From NCBI GenBank assembly GCA_045614665.1, contig JAZLDI010000008.1, positions 1,084 to 65,083 on the forward strand: a stretch of DNA of 64,000 nucleotides. The letters run 5' to 3'. Both the position numbers and the translations under genes were made by a program. The notes under the pieces are model-generated. The model was not told the origin of the DNA. It ran no database searches and saw nothing but the letters and a program-made list of their open reading frames with translations. Origin of the DNA: Candidatus Enterousia sp. Its GTDB lineage: Bacteria; Pseudomonadota; Alphaproteobacteria; Rs-D84. Below, in pieces: positions 49,159 through 57,653 of the stretch (positions within the stretch are counted from its first letter, which is position 1; each line of letters begins with the position of its first letter).

Positions 49159-49166
49159 TTTTCAAC

Positions 49167-49463
49167 CTATGCCGCCAATTTGTTTGGGATTTTTTTCTTC
49201 ATCAATTGTATTTTTGCCGAAATAATTTGCCCAATCTGTGGATCCCGCTTGGAATAAATAGCCAATATAGAATGCACAATAATAACCGAGATTAAGAAAT
49301 AAAGTGGACTAACCTCTGAATCTGTACCATAAATCAACAAACTGGCAACAAAAACAACAATAAAAATAATGAATTGAACCGCAAAATTAAGCACAGCCAA
49401 CGAATACGGCACATAAAATATGCGCGACGGGTTCGCCAAAGCCTTTAAAACTTGCTGTTTCAT
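49167..49463 (-). CDS. virB3: type IV secretion system protein VirB3
   Basis: 98 aa with two TM helices and the N-terminal L..P......VP motif. It lies directly upstream of virB4. Confidence 0.7.
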   Translation of the reverse strand: MKQQVLKALANPSRIFYVPYSLAVLNFAVQFIIFIVVFVASLLIYGTDSEVSPLYFLISVIIVHSILAIYSKRDPQIGQIISAKIQLMKKKIPNKLAA

Positions 49464-49497
49464 CTCTCTTATCCCTTATTTAATTGAATTATAACAA

Positions 49498-49691
49498 TTT
49501 CAACAATTTTCAACAAGCATAAAAACATCCACAAACAAATTGTTAATTGTGTTAAAAACTGTGTGTTTTTTAACAGTTGAATTAACATGGGGATTTTTCA
49601 ACAACGACCACAAAACACCTCGGAAATAAAGGAAAAAAATGTTTAAAACTTGTTAATAAAAAGTAAAAAACTGTTTTCAACACTTTCAACA
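49498..49691. repeat. five copies of TTTCAACA in the virB3/rpmJ divergent intergenic region
   Basis: Copies lie at 49498, 49508, 49596, 49675 and 49684. Two tandem pairs have 10- and 9-nt periodicity. Confidence 0.7.
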
Positions 49692-49726
49692 GCCCCTACA
49701 AAAACAACAAAATATAATATTAATAT

Positions 49727-49754
49727 TTGATTTTTCACAAAAAGTGTTTATAAT
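49727..49754 (+). promoter_or_regulatory. candidate promoter of rpmJ
   Basis: The sequence is TTGATT, a 16-nt spacer, then TATAAT. Confidence 0.45.
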
Positions 49755-49778
49755 AGCCCCGTACCAAAGGATTAAGAC

Positions 49779-49913
49779 ATGAAATTTTTAAGTTCATTAA
49801 AAGCTTGGAAGAAACGTGGAAATGTAAAACAGATCCGTCGTGGCAAGCAGGTTATCTTAATCGATCCTGAAAATCCAAAGTTCAAAGCGAAACAGGGTTT
49901 TAAAAGAAAATAA
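49779..49913 (+). CDS. rpmJ: 50S ribosomal protein L36 (non-zinc, alphaproteobacterial type)
   Basis: 44 aa: MKFLSSLKAWKKRGNVKQIRRGKQVILIDPENPKFKAKQGFKRK. RBS is AAGGA. The ORF is below the ORF-track length cutoff. Confidence 0.85.
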   Translation: MKFLSSLKAWKKRGNVKQIRRGKQVILIDPENPKFKAKQGFKRK

Positions 49914-49927
49914 GATTAAGACCAAAT

Positions 49928-49953
49928 AAAAAATCCCCGATTGGGGTTTTTTT
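49928..49953 (+). terminator. short-stem terminator after rpmJ
   Basis: The sequence is CCCC-GATT-GGGG followed by T7. Confidence 0.5.
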
Positions 49954-49995
49954 ATTGCCCCATCCGCCCGGCGCAGGCGTGAACTTACTCATTTA

Positions 49996-50022
49996 TCATC
50001 CCGTGGTCAAGCCACGGGATGA
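49996..50022. repeat. perfect 11-bp GC-rich palindrome (REP/MITE-like element)
   Basis: The sequence is TCATCCCGTGG-TCAAG-CCACGGGATGA. Confidence 0.6.
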
Positions 50023-50054
50023 CAAACATTGTAAATACAAAAATTTATTAACAA

Positions 50055-50083
50055 TTGAATAAATCTAACATTTACGATATAAT
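50055..50083 (+). promoter_or_regulatory. sigma70-like promoter
   Basis: The sequence is TTGAAT, a 17-nt spacer, then TATAAT. Confidence 0.55.
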
Positions 50084-50089
50084 TTTTCC

Positions 50090-50285
50090 TGAATTCACAA
50101 GGATGTGGGTTCGGGGCTGTCGTAAGCCTGCTTTATCCGGTGTAATTATACACTGTTCTACCCCGACTTTGGTCGGGGAGCTGTTGATATATAAAATACA
50201 GGAAACTGAAAAATCATCAGAATCAATGATAAAGTGATTTACGAACTCCCCGACCGCCATATTCCGTGGCGGTTTAATTTTTTTT
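50090..50285 (+). promoter_or_regulatory. structured leader or small RNA with terminator/antiterminator alternatives
   Basis: There are four complementary G4/C4 segments. The 10-nt pair GGTCGGGGAG (50171-80) and CTCCCCGACC (50246-55) is a perfect complement and overlaps the terminator stem ACCGCCA/TGGCGGT plus its T-run. Confidence 0.5.
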
Positions 50286-50303
50286 AAAAAAAAGGGGATA
50301 AAA

Positions 50304-50765
50304 ATGAAAAAAATAATGTTGTGTTTGTTGCTTTGTGGATGCTCTACAATAGAGTTTATTCCATATGATGGTCAAAGAGAGATTATAGGAAAAGGTGGAC
50401 TTTATAATAAAGTTATTTCAATAGAAGATATAAAAAAATCTAGATGTATTGGTATTTTTAGTACATGTGATATTGAAGACACAGAGTATACAAAAGTAGA
50501 TATTTATTATAATGGGTTACCAAAGAATAAAAAATGTAAATTTATAGGCAAGATAGAATCAAATAATGTATATGATACAGAATTAGCATTACAAGTTATT
50601 AAACTTGGTGGCAATGTAATAACATCAAGTGATATTGAATTTAATGATAGTTTTTTAGATACAGGTGTTTTACGTGGTGGCAGTTCTGCAGGTAATGTTT
50701 ATACAATATTACAAGGGAATTTATACAAATATAGAACGCATCATAATATATTTGAATGTAAATAA
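50304..50765 (+). CDS. small lipoprotein, compositionally atypical (AT-rich)
   Basis: 153 aa with lipobox LLLCGC and RBS AAGGGG. It uses AGA and ATA codons that are rare in neighbouring genes. Confidence 0.55.
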   Translation: MKKIMLCLLLCGCSTIEFIPYDGQREIIGKGGLYNKVISIEDIKKSRCIGIFSTCDIEDTEYTKVDIYYNGLPKNKKCKFIGKIESNNVYDTELALQVIKLGGNVITSSDIEFNDSFLDTGVLRGGSSAGNVYTILQGNLYKYRTHHNIFECK

Positions 50766-50792
50766 AAAAACACCGGAAAACGCCGGTGTTTG
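50766..50792. terminator. bidirectional terminator lipoprotein/ychF
   Basis: The sequence is AAAAAACACCGG-AAAACG-CCGGTGTTT. Confidence 0.7.
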
Positions 50793-50802
50793 CTAAAATA
50801 AC

Positions 50803-51882
50803 TTAATTATTAAACAAGAAATGGCATATGTCGCCGTTTTGCATGACGTAATCACGCCCAACCAGTCGCATTTTACCCGCTTCTTTTACGGCAACCTCGC
50901 CCCCGTGGGCAATGTAATCTGCGGGGCTTATAACCTCGGCCCGGATAAAGCCCTTTTCAAAATCGGTGTGGATTTTTCCGGCCGCCTGGGGCGCGGTCAT
51001 ACCAACCGTGATGGTCCAGGCATGTGCTTCCTTTGGCCCGATTGTGTAATATGTTTGCAGGCCCAATGTTTTATACCCGGTCTTAATAACCTGGTCCAGG
51101 CCGGATTCAGCCAACCCCAAATCGTCCAGGAACATTTTTCTTTCGTCCACATCAACAATTTGTGAAATTTCCATTTCAATCTTTGATGAAATAACCAAAA
51201 CGTCGGCGACCGATCCAAATTTTTCACGCACCATATCTGAATATTTGTTGCCTGTGGCCGCCGCCGCTTCCTCTACATTACAAACATAGATAACCGGTTT
51301 TGCGGTTAATAAATTAAATGGCGCGGCATCAATATCACCATCACGTGCCGGAATCGATTTTTCCAGATTTGATTTTATTGAATTTGCATCTGCCAATAAT
51401 TTTGCCGCGTCTTTATCAAGCCCTCTTGCCTTTTTTTCAAGGTTTTTAATCTGTTTTTCCAGGCTTTCCATATCCGCCAGCATAAGTTCCGTTTCAATTG
51501 TTTCAATGTCACCAATCGGATCTATACGGCCATTAACATGAACAATATCATCGTTTTCAAAACAGCGAACAACATGAATAATCGCATCTGTTGATAAAAT
51601 ATTACCCAGGAATTTATTACCCAATCCTTCGCCGGCCGATGCCCCCTTGACCAAACCCGCAATATCAACAATTTCCAATTGCGTTGGAATAATTTTTTGA
51701 GAACCCGCAACGCGCGCCAATTCGTGTAATGTTGCATCCGGAACAACAACGCGTCCTGTATTTGGTTCGATTGTACAGAATGGATAGTTTTGTGCGTCTG
51801 CCGCCGCACTTTGTGTTAACGCATTAAACAGTGTTGATTTACCAACGTTTGGCAATCCAACAATTCCACAATTGAATCCCAT
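50803..51882 (-). CDS. ychF: redox-regulated ATPase YchF
   Basis: 359 aa with GIVGLPNVGKST, DIAGLVKGAS and a C-terminal TGS-like domain. Confidence 0.95.
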   Translation of the reverse strand: MGFNCGIVGLPNVGKSTLFNALTQSAAADAQNYPFCTIEPNTGRVVVPDATLHELARVAGSQKIIPTQLEIVDIAGLVKGASAGEGLGNKFLGNILSTDAIIHVVRCFENDDIVHVNGRIDPIGDIETIETELMLADMESLEKQIKNLEKKARGLDKDAAKLLADANSIKSNLEKSIPARDGDIDAAPFNLLTAKPVIYVCNVEEAAAATGNKYSDMVREKFGSVADVLVISSKIEMEISQIVDVDERKMFLDDLGLAESGLDQVIKTGYKTLGLQTYYTIGPKEAHAWTITVGMTAPQAAGKIHTDFEKGFIRAEVISPADYIAHGGEVAVKEAGKMRLVGRDYVMQNGDICHFLFNN

Positions 51883-51909
51883 ATCTAAATCCTTTATAAT
51901 GTGGATAAT

Positions 51910-52590
51910 ATGTCATACATGTGGAATGAATTCAATATAAAAACCTTTCCTGCGGAAACAATTGTTTACCGCGATGGTGAATATTGTCCAGACCTGTCGA
52001 CACTAAAATCCGGTCAAATTGATAAAAAATACGATTTGCCAGTACATATAATATATGTTGGTGAAATTTCAGAAAACAAAGAATTAAATATTGATATCAA
52101 TGTTGAAAATCAACCGGTCTTTTTATCTGTTGATATAAAAAATAAAAAGCCGGCCTTTTTGAATATTTTTATCAAAAACACCGGGAAAAATTCTGAACTA
52201 AGGGGCCACGTTTTTGTTGAAAACTATGACCGGTTGGAATTAGATGTAAATGCCGGCCATTTGTGTGAAAATACCGGTATTTTGGTGCATACAAAACTGA
52301 TTGCGCATAAAAATACATATTCCAAGTTAACGGGAAATGCTAAAATTGCCGGCAATTGCCGGGAATGTATATCAGATATTGGCTTTTGCGCTATTGCGGA
52401 TGAAACGGCAAAAATTGAATTTTTACCGGCACAATTTATAAAATCAGAGCCAAAATTGGCCGAACATTCTGCATCAATTTACCGGCAAACGCCGGCACAA
52501 ATTCAGTTTTTAAGAATGGCGGGGCTGTCAACCGCTGAAATTCATGATGTCGCTTTTGAATCATTTAAAAAAGATTTTTCACTTTTTTAA
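51910..52590 (+). CDS. SufB/SufD-family (FeS assembly) beta-helix protein, short
   Basis: The C-terminal ...EHSASIYRQTPAQIQFLRMAGLSTAEIHDVAFESF resembles the SufD/SufB C-terminus. No other suf genes are nearby. Confidence 0.5.
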   Translation: MSYMWNEFNIKTFPAETIVYRDGEYCPDLSTLKSGQIDKKYDLPVHIIYVGEISENKELNIDINVENQPVFLSVDIKNKKPAFLNIFIKNTGKNSELRGHVFVENYDRLELDVNAGHLCENTGILVHTKLIAHKNTYSKLTGNAKIAGNCRECISDIGFCAIADETAKIEFLPAQFIKSEPKLAEHSASIYRQTPAQIQFLRMAGLSTAEIHDVAFESFKKDFSLF

Positions 52591-52648
52591 TTGTTAAAAA
52601 TTCTCGGCCTTTTTGATAAAAATGTTTAAAAAAGCCGGGAAAATATTC

Positions 52649-54259
52649 TTACAAAGAAATTAATTTTTCCATTTTTTCACGTGCTTTTGCCAGGTCTTCA
52701 TCTATTTGATTCAATTCTTCGCGTACGGATGCATTACCGGCCAATAATTGTGCGGTTAATTCTTTCTTTTGAATATTTAATTTGTCTAAATATCTCTGCA
52801 GTTTAAGTGACACAATATACTTTTCTGCATCCCCCAGGCTTAAATCCAAATCCGCCGCCGTACCGTCAAAATCAATGTTCAGTGTTGATAAAAATTCACC
52901 ATAACGTTCAACGATTTCCGGATAGGTGTTCACAATATAAACCAGGGTATTTTGCGTGACATTGTCTATGTCTGGTAATTTGATTTTTACCTCGGTTCGG
53001 TCACGCTTCCACCTGCGCCAGGATTCAAATTTACGTTTTTCGTATTCTTTATTAATCTCGCTTTTTAAATCAGGATCTGTGATTTTTTCGGTTTCATTTT
53101 TAAGGAATTTTTCCGCCTGAACACGTCCGCCTGGGGTTGATACAATAAAGTTTTTGTTTGCCAATTCCCACAAGAAATCAACAAGTGGCATTGCATCATC
53201 AATAATTTTTTTCATCGCATCCACGCCACCGGTTTTCAGGATTTCATCTGGATCCTTGCCACCACTAACGAACGCAAATTTTACATCTGAATTATCACGC
53301 AGGAACGGCATTACAATACCGCATGCGCGTGCAGCGGCCTTTTGTCCGGCGTTATCGCCATCAAAACAAAAAATTATATTTCTGTTTGATTTGCAAAGAA
53401 TTGCAATATGATCTTCGGTCAGGGATGTTCCCAATGGCGCAACGGTTTCCGGGAATCCACCTAACTGCATTTTAATTGCGTCAATTTGCCCCTCGACCAC
53501 TATGCTGCGGTTGGTGCGATGAATTGCATCACGTGCAAAATTTAAACCGAACACAGTTTTACGCTTGTGGAAAATTTCAGTGTCGGTTGTGTTTATATAT
53601 TTTGGTTCTGACCCATCCAGCGAGCGTCCAGAAAACGCAACAATTTTTCCATTTGGATTAAAAATAGGAAACATTAATTTATCACGGAAAAAATCGTACA
53701 TTCCATAATCGCCACGACGACACAGACCAGATTCAATCAAGAACTTTGAATTCGCAAATTTATTTGCAATTATGTTATTTTTTGGCGCATAACCGATGCG
53801 ATATTTTTTTATATCTTCATCCGAAAAGCCCCGTTTTCTTGCGTATAGCAACGCTTGTTCACCATCGGGGGTAAATAATTTTTCGGTATATGTCTGGGCG
53901 GCTTTTTCGCAAATTTCAAACAAAGAATCTTCGCGTTGTACAATTTTTGGATCACGTGGTTTATAATCTGGCATCTTTACGCCGGCAATGTTTGCCAATT
54001 CTGTAATTGCCGCCTTGAAATCCATATGATTGTGTTTCATTGTGAATGAAATAATATCACCGTGTTCACCACAACCGAAACAGTGGTAAAACCCCTTGTC
54101 TTCATTCACAGAAAAACTGGGGGTTTTTTCATTATGAAATGGGCAACATCCCCACCAATTTTGCCCCTTTTTAGTAAGTGGCACCACACGCCCCACAACA
54201 TCCACCACCGACAGGCGTTCACGTAATTCATCGGTAAAGTTGCGGTTAAATTCAGCCAT
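52649..54259 (-). CDS. dnaG: DNA primase
   Basis: It has a zinc ribbon CPFHNEKTPSF..CFGCG and a Toprim domain EGQIDA...FDGDNAGQKAA. Confidence 0.95.
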   Translation of the reverse strand: MAEFNRNFTDELRERLSVVDVVGRVVPLTKKGQNWWGCCPFHNEKTPSFSVNEDKGFYHCFGCGEHGDIISFTMKHNHMDFKAAITELANIAGVKMPDYKPRDPKIVQREDSLFEICEKAAQTYTEKLFTPDGEQALLYARKRGFSDEDIKKYRIGYAPKNNIIANKFANSKFLIESGLCRRGDYGMYDFFRDKLMFPIFNPNGKIVAFSGRSLDGSEPKYINTTDTEIFHKRKTVFGLNFARDAIHRTNRSIVVEGQIDAIKMQLGGFPETVAPLGTSLTEDHIAILCKSNRNIIFCFDGDNAGQKAAARACGIVMPFLRDNSDVKFAFVSGGKDPDEILKTGGVDAMKKIIDDAMPLVDFLWELANKNFIVSTPGGRVQAEKFLKNETEKITDPDLKSEINKEYEKRKFESWRRWKRDRTEVKIKLPDIDNVTQNTLVYIVNTYPEIVERYGEFLSTLNIDFDGTAADLDLSLGDAEKYIVSLKLQRYLDKLNIQKKELTAQLLAGNASVREELNQIDEDLAKAREKMEKLISL

Positions 54260-56499
54260 TATTTCTTTTTGGTTTTATTGTTAATAAGTTTGATTGCTGT
54301 TTCTAAATCAGGCATTTCTTTGACCGATACATTTACCCGATTTGATGAAATATATGGACCATATCGTCCCGTTGGATAAAAGAATATCATCTTTTTGGTT
54401 TCTGGATTTTCGCCAATTTTAACAGGTTCGGATTTTTTTCCTGCGTTTGTTAATAATTCACGTGCAATTTCCAACGTGATTGTTTCCGCAGTATATTGTT
54501 TAGCGGCAACATTTTTTGCACCGTCGGTCACATATGGACCAAATTTTCCAACACGAAATTCAATGCCATCACCCAATTCAATGACATCTGAAATATTGCG
54601 CTGTACACCGGATTCTGTGGTGTCTGTCGGTTTATCATTTTTGTTTAATTGTTTAGTATATTTGCAATTTGGATAATTTTCACAACCAATAAATGGTCCA
54701 AATTTAGATAATTTAATACCTAACTTTTTACCACATTCCGGGCATATATCACCCGTTTCTGCAAATAAATGTTTATGCATAAATTCGTTGATTTCATCGA
54801 TAATATCCGATGTTTTTACGCCACGTGCCCCTTCTATCATTTCATTTGTTGGACGCCAGAAATTTTCCAGCGCGGTGATTTTTTTTACCTTGCCATTTGA
54901 AACATCGTCTAATGTATCTTCGGTTTTTGCGGTAAAGTTCACATCAACTAAATCTGTAAAATATTTATTCAGGTATGAAGCAATGACCCAACCGCCACTT
55001 GTTGGATGGAAACGACGTTGTTTATCTTGTTCAACATATACACGATCAACAATTGTTGACATAATTGTCGCATATGTAGATGGACGTCCAATCCCCAGTT
55101 CTTCTAATTTTTTTACCAGTGATGCTTCTGTATATCTTGGTGGCGCCTGGGTAAAGTGTTGTTCGGGGATGATTTCAGTAATAGAAATATTATCACCAAC
55201 ATTTAATACCGGTAATTTAGATTCTTTCTTTTCATCATCATCATCTTTATCTTCGGTATAAACTTTCATAAAGCCATCAAATGTGCGGGTTGACCCAACT
55301 GCATGAAATACCGCAACTTTGTTTTCTGTTTCGATATCTGCGGCAACTGAATCAAATTCTGCATTTTTCATTTGGCACGCGATTGTACGTTTCCAAATTA
55401 AATCATACAGTTTTGCCTCATCTCCCGTCAGTCCCTTAGCCGGTGCATCAAAGTGTGTTGGACGAATTGCTTCGTGTGCTTCTTGGGCGTTCTTGGATTT
55501 TGTTGCATAAACATTTGGCGAAGACGGTACAAAATCCGCCCCATAAGTATTTGCAATAAAACCGCGAATTTCATTTACTGCATCAGCATTCAGGTTTGTT
55601 GCGTCCGTACGCATATATGTAATTAAACCCTGTTCATAAAGGTGCTGGGCGGCACTCATTGTGCGTTTAGATGCAAAGTATAATTTACGTGCAGCTTCCT
55701 GTTGCAGGGTTGATGTCGTAAATGGTGCGGCGGGTTTACGCTGTGTCTTTTTCTTTTCAATATCAATAACAGTTGCACGGATTTCAGGATTACCAATTTT
55801 TGTCAGGATATTATCAACCTGTCCCTGATTTTCAATGGTCATTTTTTCAATTTTTTGTCCATCGAATTTTGACAGATTTGCTCTGAATTCTGCATTATGC
55901 AAATTACAAACAGATTCAACAGACCAATATTCCACCGGTTTAAAATCTTCGATTTCTTTTTCGCGGTCAACGACCAGTTTTACCGCCACAGATTGCACAC
56001 GACCCGCAGATTTTCCCAGGTTTCGCCGCCACAATAATGGTGAAATACCAAATCCAATTAAATAATCCAATGCCCGACGCACTAAATATGCATCAACCAG
56101 GTTTTTATCAATTTCACGTGGATTTTCAATTGCAGTCTGTACCGCTTTTTTCGTAATTTCATGGAACGCAACACGATACACAGGTTTATCTGTTAATAAT
56201 TTTTTTGCCTTTAATATATCCAATAGGTGCCATGCAATAGCTTCCCCTTCGCGGTCCGGGTCGCTTGCCAGATATACTGCCTCAGCCTTTTTTAGTTCAT
56301 CAGTAATAAGCTTAATTTGTTTTTCTTTGCCTGGCATAATTTGCCAGCGCATTTTAAAGTTATTTTCTGTATCAACACTGCCGTTTTCTGGAACCAAATC
56401 ACGTACGTGTCCAACAGACGCAATAACACGCCACCCCGCCCCCAGATACTTTTCAATAGTTTTGGCTTTTGATGGTGATTCCACAATAAGCAGTTTCAT
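54259..56499 (-). CDS. topA: DNA topoisomerase I
   Basis: The start MKLLIVESPSKAKTI follows RBS AGGGGAG. Toprim, the catalytic Tyr region and C-terminal zinc ribbons are present. The TAATG overlaps dnaG. Confidence 0.95.
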   Translation of the reverse strand: MKLLIVESPSKAKTIEKYLGAGWRVIASVGHVRDLVPENGSVDTENNFKMRWQIMPGKEKQIKLITDELKKAEAVYLASDPDREGEAIAWHLLDILKAKKLLTDKPVYRVAFHEITKKAVQTAIENPREIDKNLVDAYLVRRALDYLIGFGISPLLWRRNLGKSAGRVQSVAVKLVVDREKEIEDFKPVEYWSVESVCNLHNAEFRANLSKFDGQKIEKMTIENQGQVDNILTKIGNPEIRATVIDIEKKKTQRKPAAPFTTSTLQQEAARKLYFASKRTMSAAQHLYEQGLITYMRTDATNLNADAVNEIRGFIANTYGADFVPSSPNVYATKSKNAQEAHEAIRPTHFDAPAKGLTGDEAKLYDLIWKRTIACQMKNAEFDSVAADIETENKVAVFHAVGSTRTFDGFMKVYTEDKDDDDEKKESKLPVLNVGDNISITEIIPEQHFTQAPPRYTEASLVKKLEELGIGRPSTYATIMSTIVDRVYVEQDKQRRFHPTSGGWVIASYLNKYFTDLVDVNFTAKTEDTLDDVSNGKVKKITALENFWRPTNEMIEGARGVKTSDIIDEINEFMHKHLFAETGDICPECGKKLGIKLSKFGPFIGCENYPNCKYTKQLNKNDKPTDTTESGVQRNISDVIELGDGIEFRVGKFGPYVTDGAKNVAAKQYTAETITLEIARELLTNAGKKSEPVKIGENPETKKMIFFYPTGRYGPYISSNRVNVSVKEMPDLETAIKLINNKTKKK

Positions 56500-56503
56500 A
56501 TCT

Positions 56504-57649
56504 CTAACTCCCCTTGGCCGATAATTGTTGGTCTTTGTGAATATGTGCGTTCTGGGCCAAACCGAATCCAAACATCAGGGAAAGTAAACTGCTGCCACCA
56601 AAAGACATTAACGGCAATGGTACCCCAACGGTTGGCATTAACCCTAAAACCATTGCGATATTTATAAAATAATAAATGAAAAAGTTCAACATAAAACCAA
56701 AACATATTAATTGACCAAATCGATTTCGACACGTTTTTGCGGCCCAAAACAATACGATAATAATCCAAGAGTATATAAATAATAATCCAAATGCCCCGGC
56801 AAAACCAAATTCTTCGCCCAGCATTGTGAATATAAAATCTGTGTGTTTTTCCGGCAAAAAAGATTGTTGTGATTGTGTACCAGACATATACCCCTTGCCC
56901 AGCATTCCACCCGAACCAAATGCAATTTTAGCCTGGTTAATTTGGTAACCTGCCCCTTGGACATCGCTGTCGGGATTAAGAAAGGTTATAATTCGTCCAC
57001 GTTGATAATCATGCAATCCACCATACCAAACAACTGGTGCCGCCATTATCCCCAATATCGCCGCAATAACGAACCATTTTTTATTTGCGCCGACAATATA
57101 AAACACCCCAACTGTAATCATCCCCAGGGATAATGCGGTACCTAAATCCGGCTGCGCAACAATCAAACCAAATGGCACCAATAACATCAAGGCGGGGATT
57201 AAATAGTTTTTAAACTGCCCTAATTCAACCGAATTCATCCATGCAAAATACCGGGCCAGTGCCAACACTAACGCAATCTTTATTAACTCTGATGGTTGAA
57301 TATGAAAGAACCCCAGGTTTAACCAACGCTGTGCCCCCATTCCGGTATGCCCAACAAACGTCACCAACACAATCATAACCAACGCAATTGCATAGATTAC
57401 ATACGCAGACTTAATCCAGGTTTTTATATTTGTAAATGCAACAAAAAAGAAAACACAAAATCCCGCAATAATTTTTAATAACTGAGACAAAGCAAATGGT
57501 CGCCACGCCCCACCCCCAGCCGAATACAGAACAACAATAGATATTGCCAATACGATACACATTGGTACAAACATACCCCATGTAAACCGGGACAGTTTTT
57601 CATTAAAACTCATCATAGATGCATTTGAAACACGTGTCTGTTTGGCCAT
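56504..57649 (-). CDS. mrdB: peptidoglycan glycosyltransferase RodA (SEDS family)
   Basis: 381 aa with about 10 TM helices and the SEDS motifs QPSELIK and TDFIF. It lies downstream of mrdA. Confidence 0.92.
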   Translation of the reverse strand: MAKQTRVSNASMMSFNEKLSRFTWGMFVPMCIVLAISIVVLYSAGGGAWRPFALSQLLKIIAGFCVFFFVAFTNIKTWIKSAYVIYAIALVMIVLVTFVGHTGMGAQRWLNLGFFHIQPSELIKIALVLALARYFAWMNSVELGQFKNYLIPALMLLVPFGLIVAQPDLGTALSLGMITVGVFYIVGANKKWFVIAAILGIMAAPVVWYGGLHDYQRGRIITFLNPDSDVQGAGYQINQAKIAFGSGGMLGKGYMSGTQSQQSFLPEKHTDFIFTMLGEEFGFAGAFGLLFIYSWIIIVLFWAAKTCRNRFGQLICFGFMLNFFIYYFINIAMVLGLMPTVGVPLPLMSFGGSSLLSLMFGFGLAQNAHIHKDQQLSAKGS

Positions 57650-57653
57650 TTTT

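Noticed and set aside
50055-50237. The 60-aa ORF (and its 45-aa ATG-initiated subset from 50103) as a coding gene or leader peptide.
   Set aside because: The TTG start coincides with the -35 hexamer of the only plausible promoter. The internal ATG has AAGG directly abutting it, with no spacer. The ORF simply runs through the GC-rich hairpin segments, so non-coding RNA is the better explanation.
54259-56571. N-terminal extensions given by the ORF track for topA (to 56571), rfbA (46096), rfbB (43860), lpxC (40899), lpxK (41804), ung (30414), asmA (22639), the PagL-like gene (27099), gyrB (33767) and ftsQ (14050).
   Set aside because: In each case a downstream ATG preceded by a Shine-Dalgarno sequence starts exactly at the conserved N-terminus or signal peptide. 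The extension would overlap the upstream gene or a promoter.
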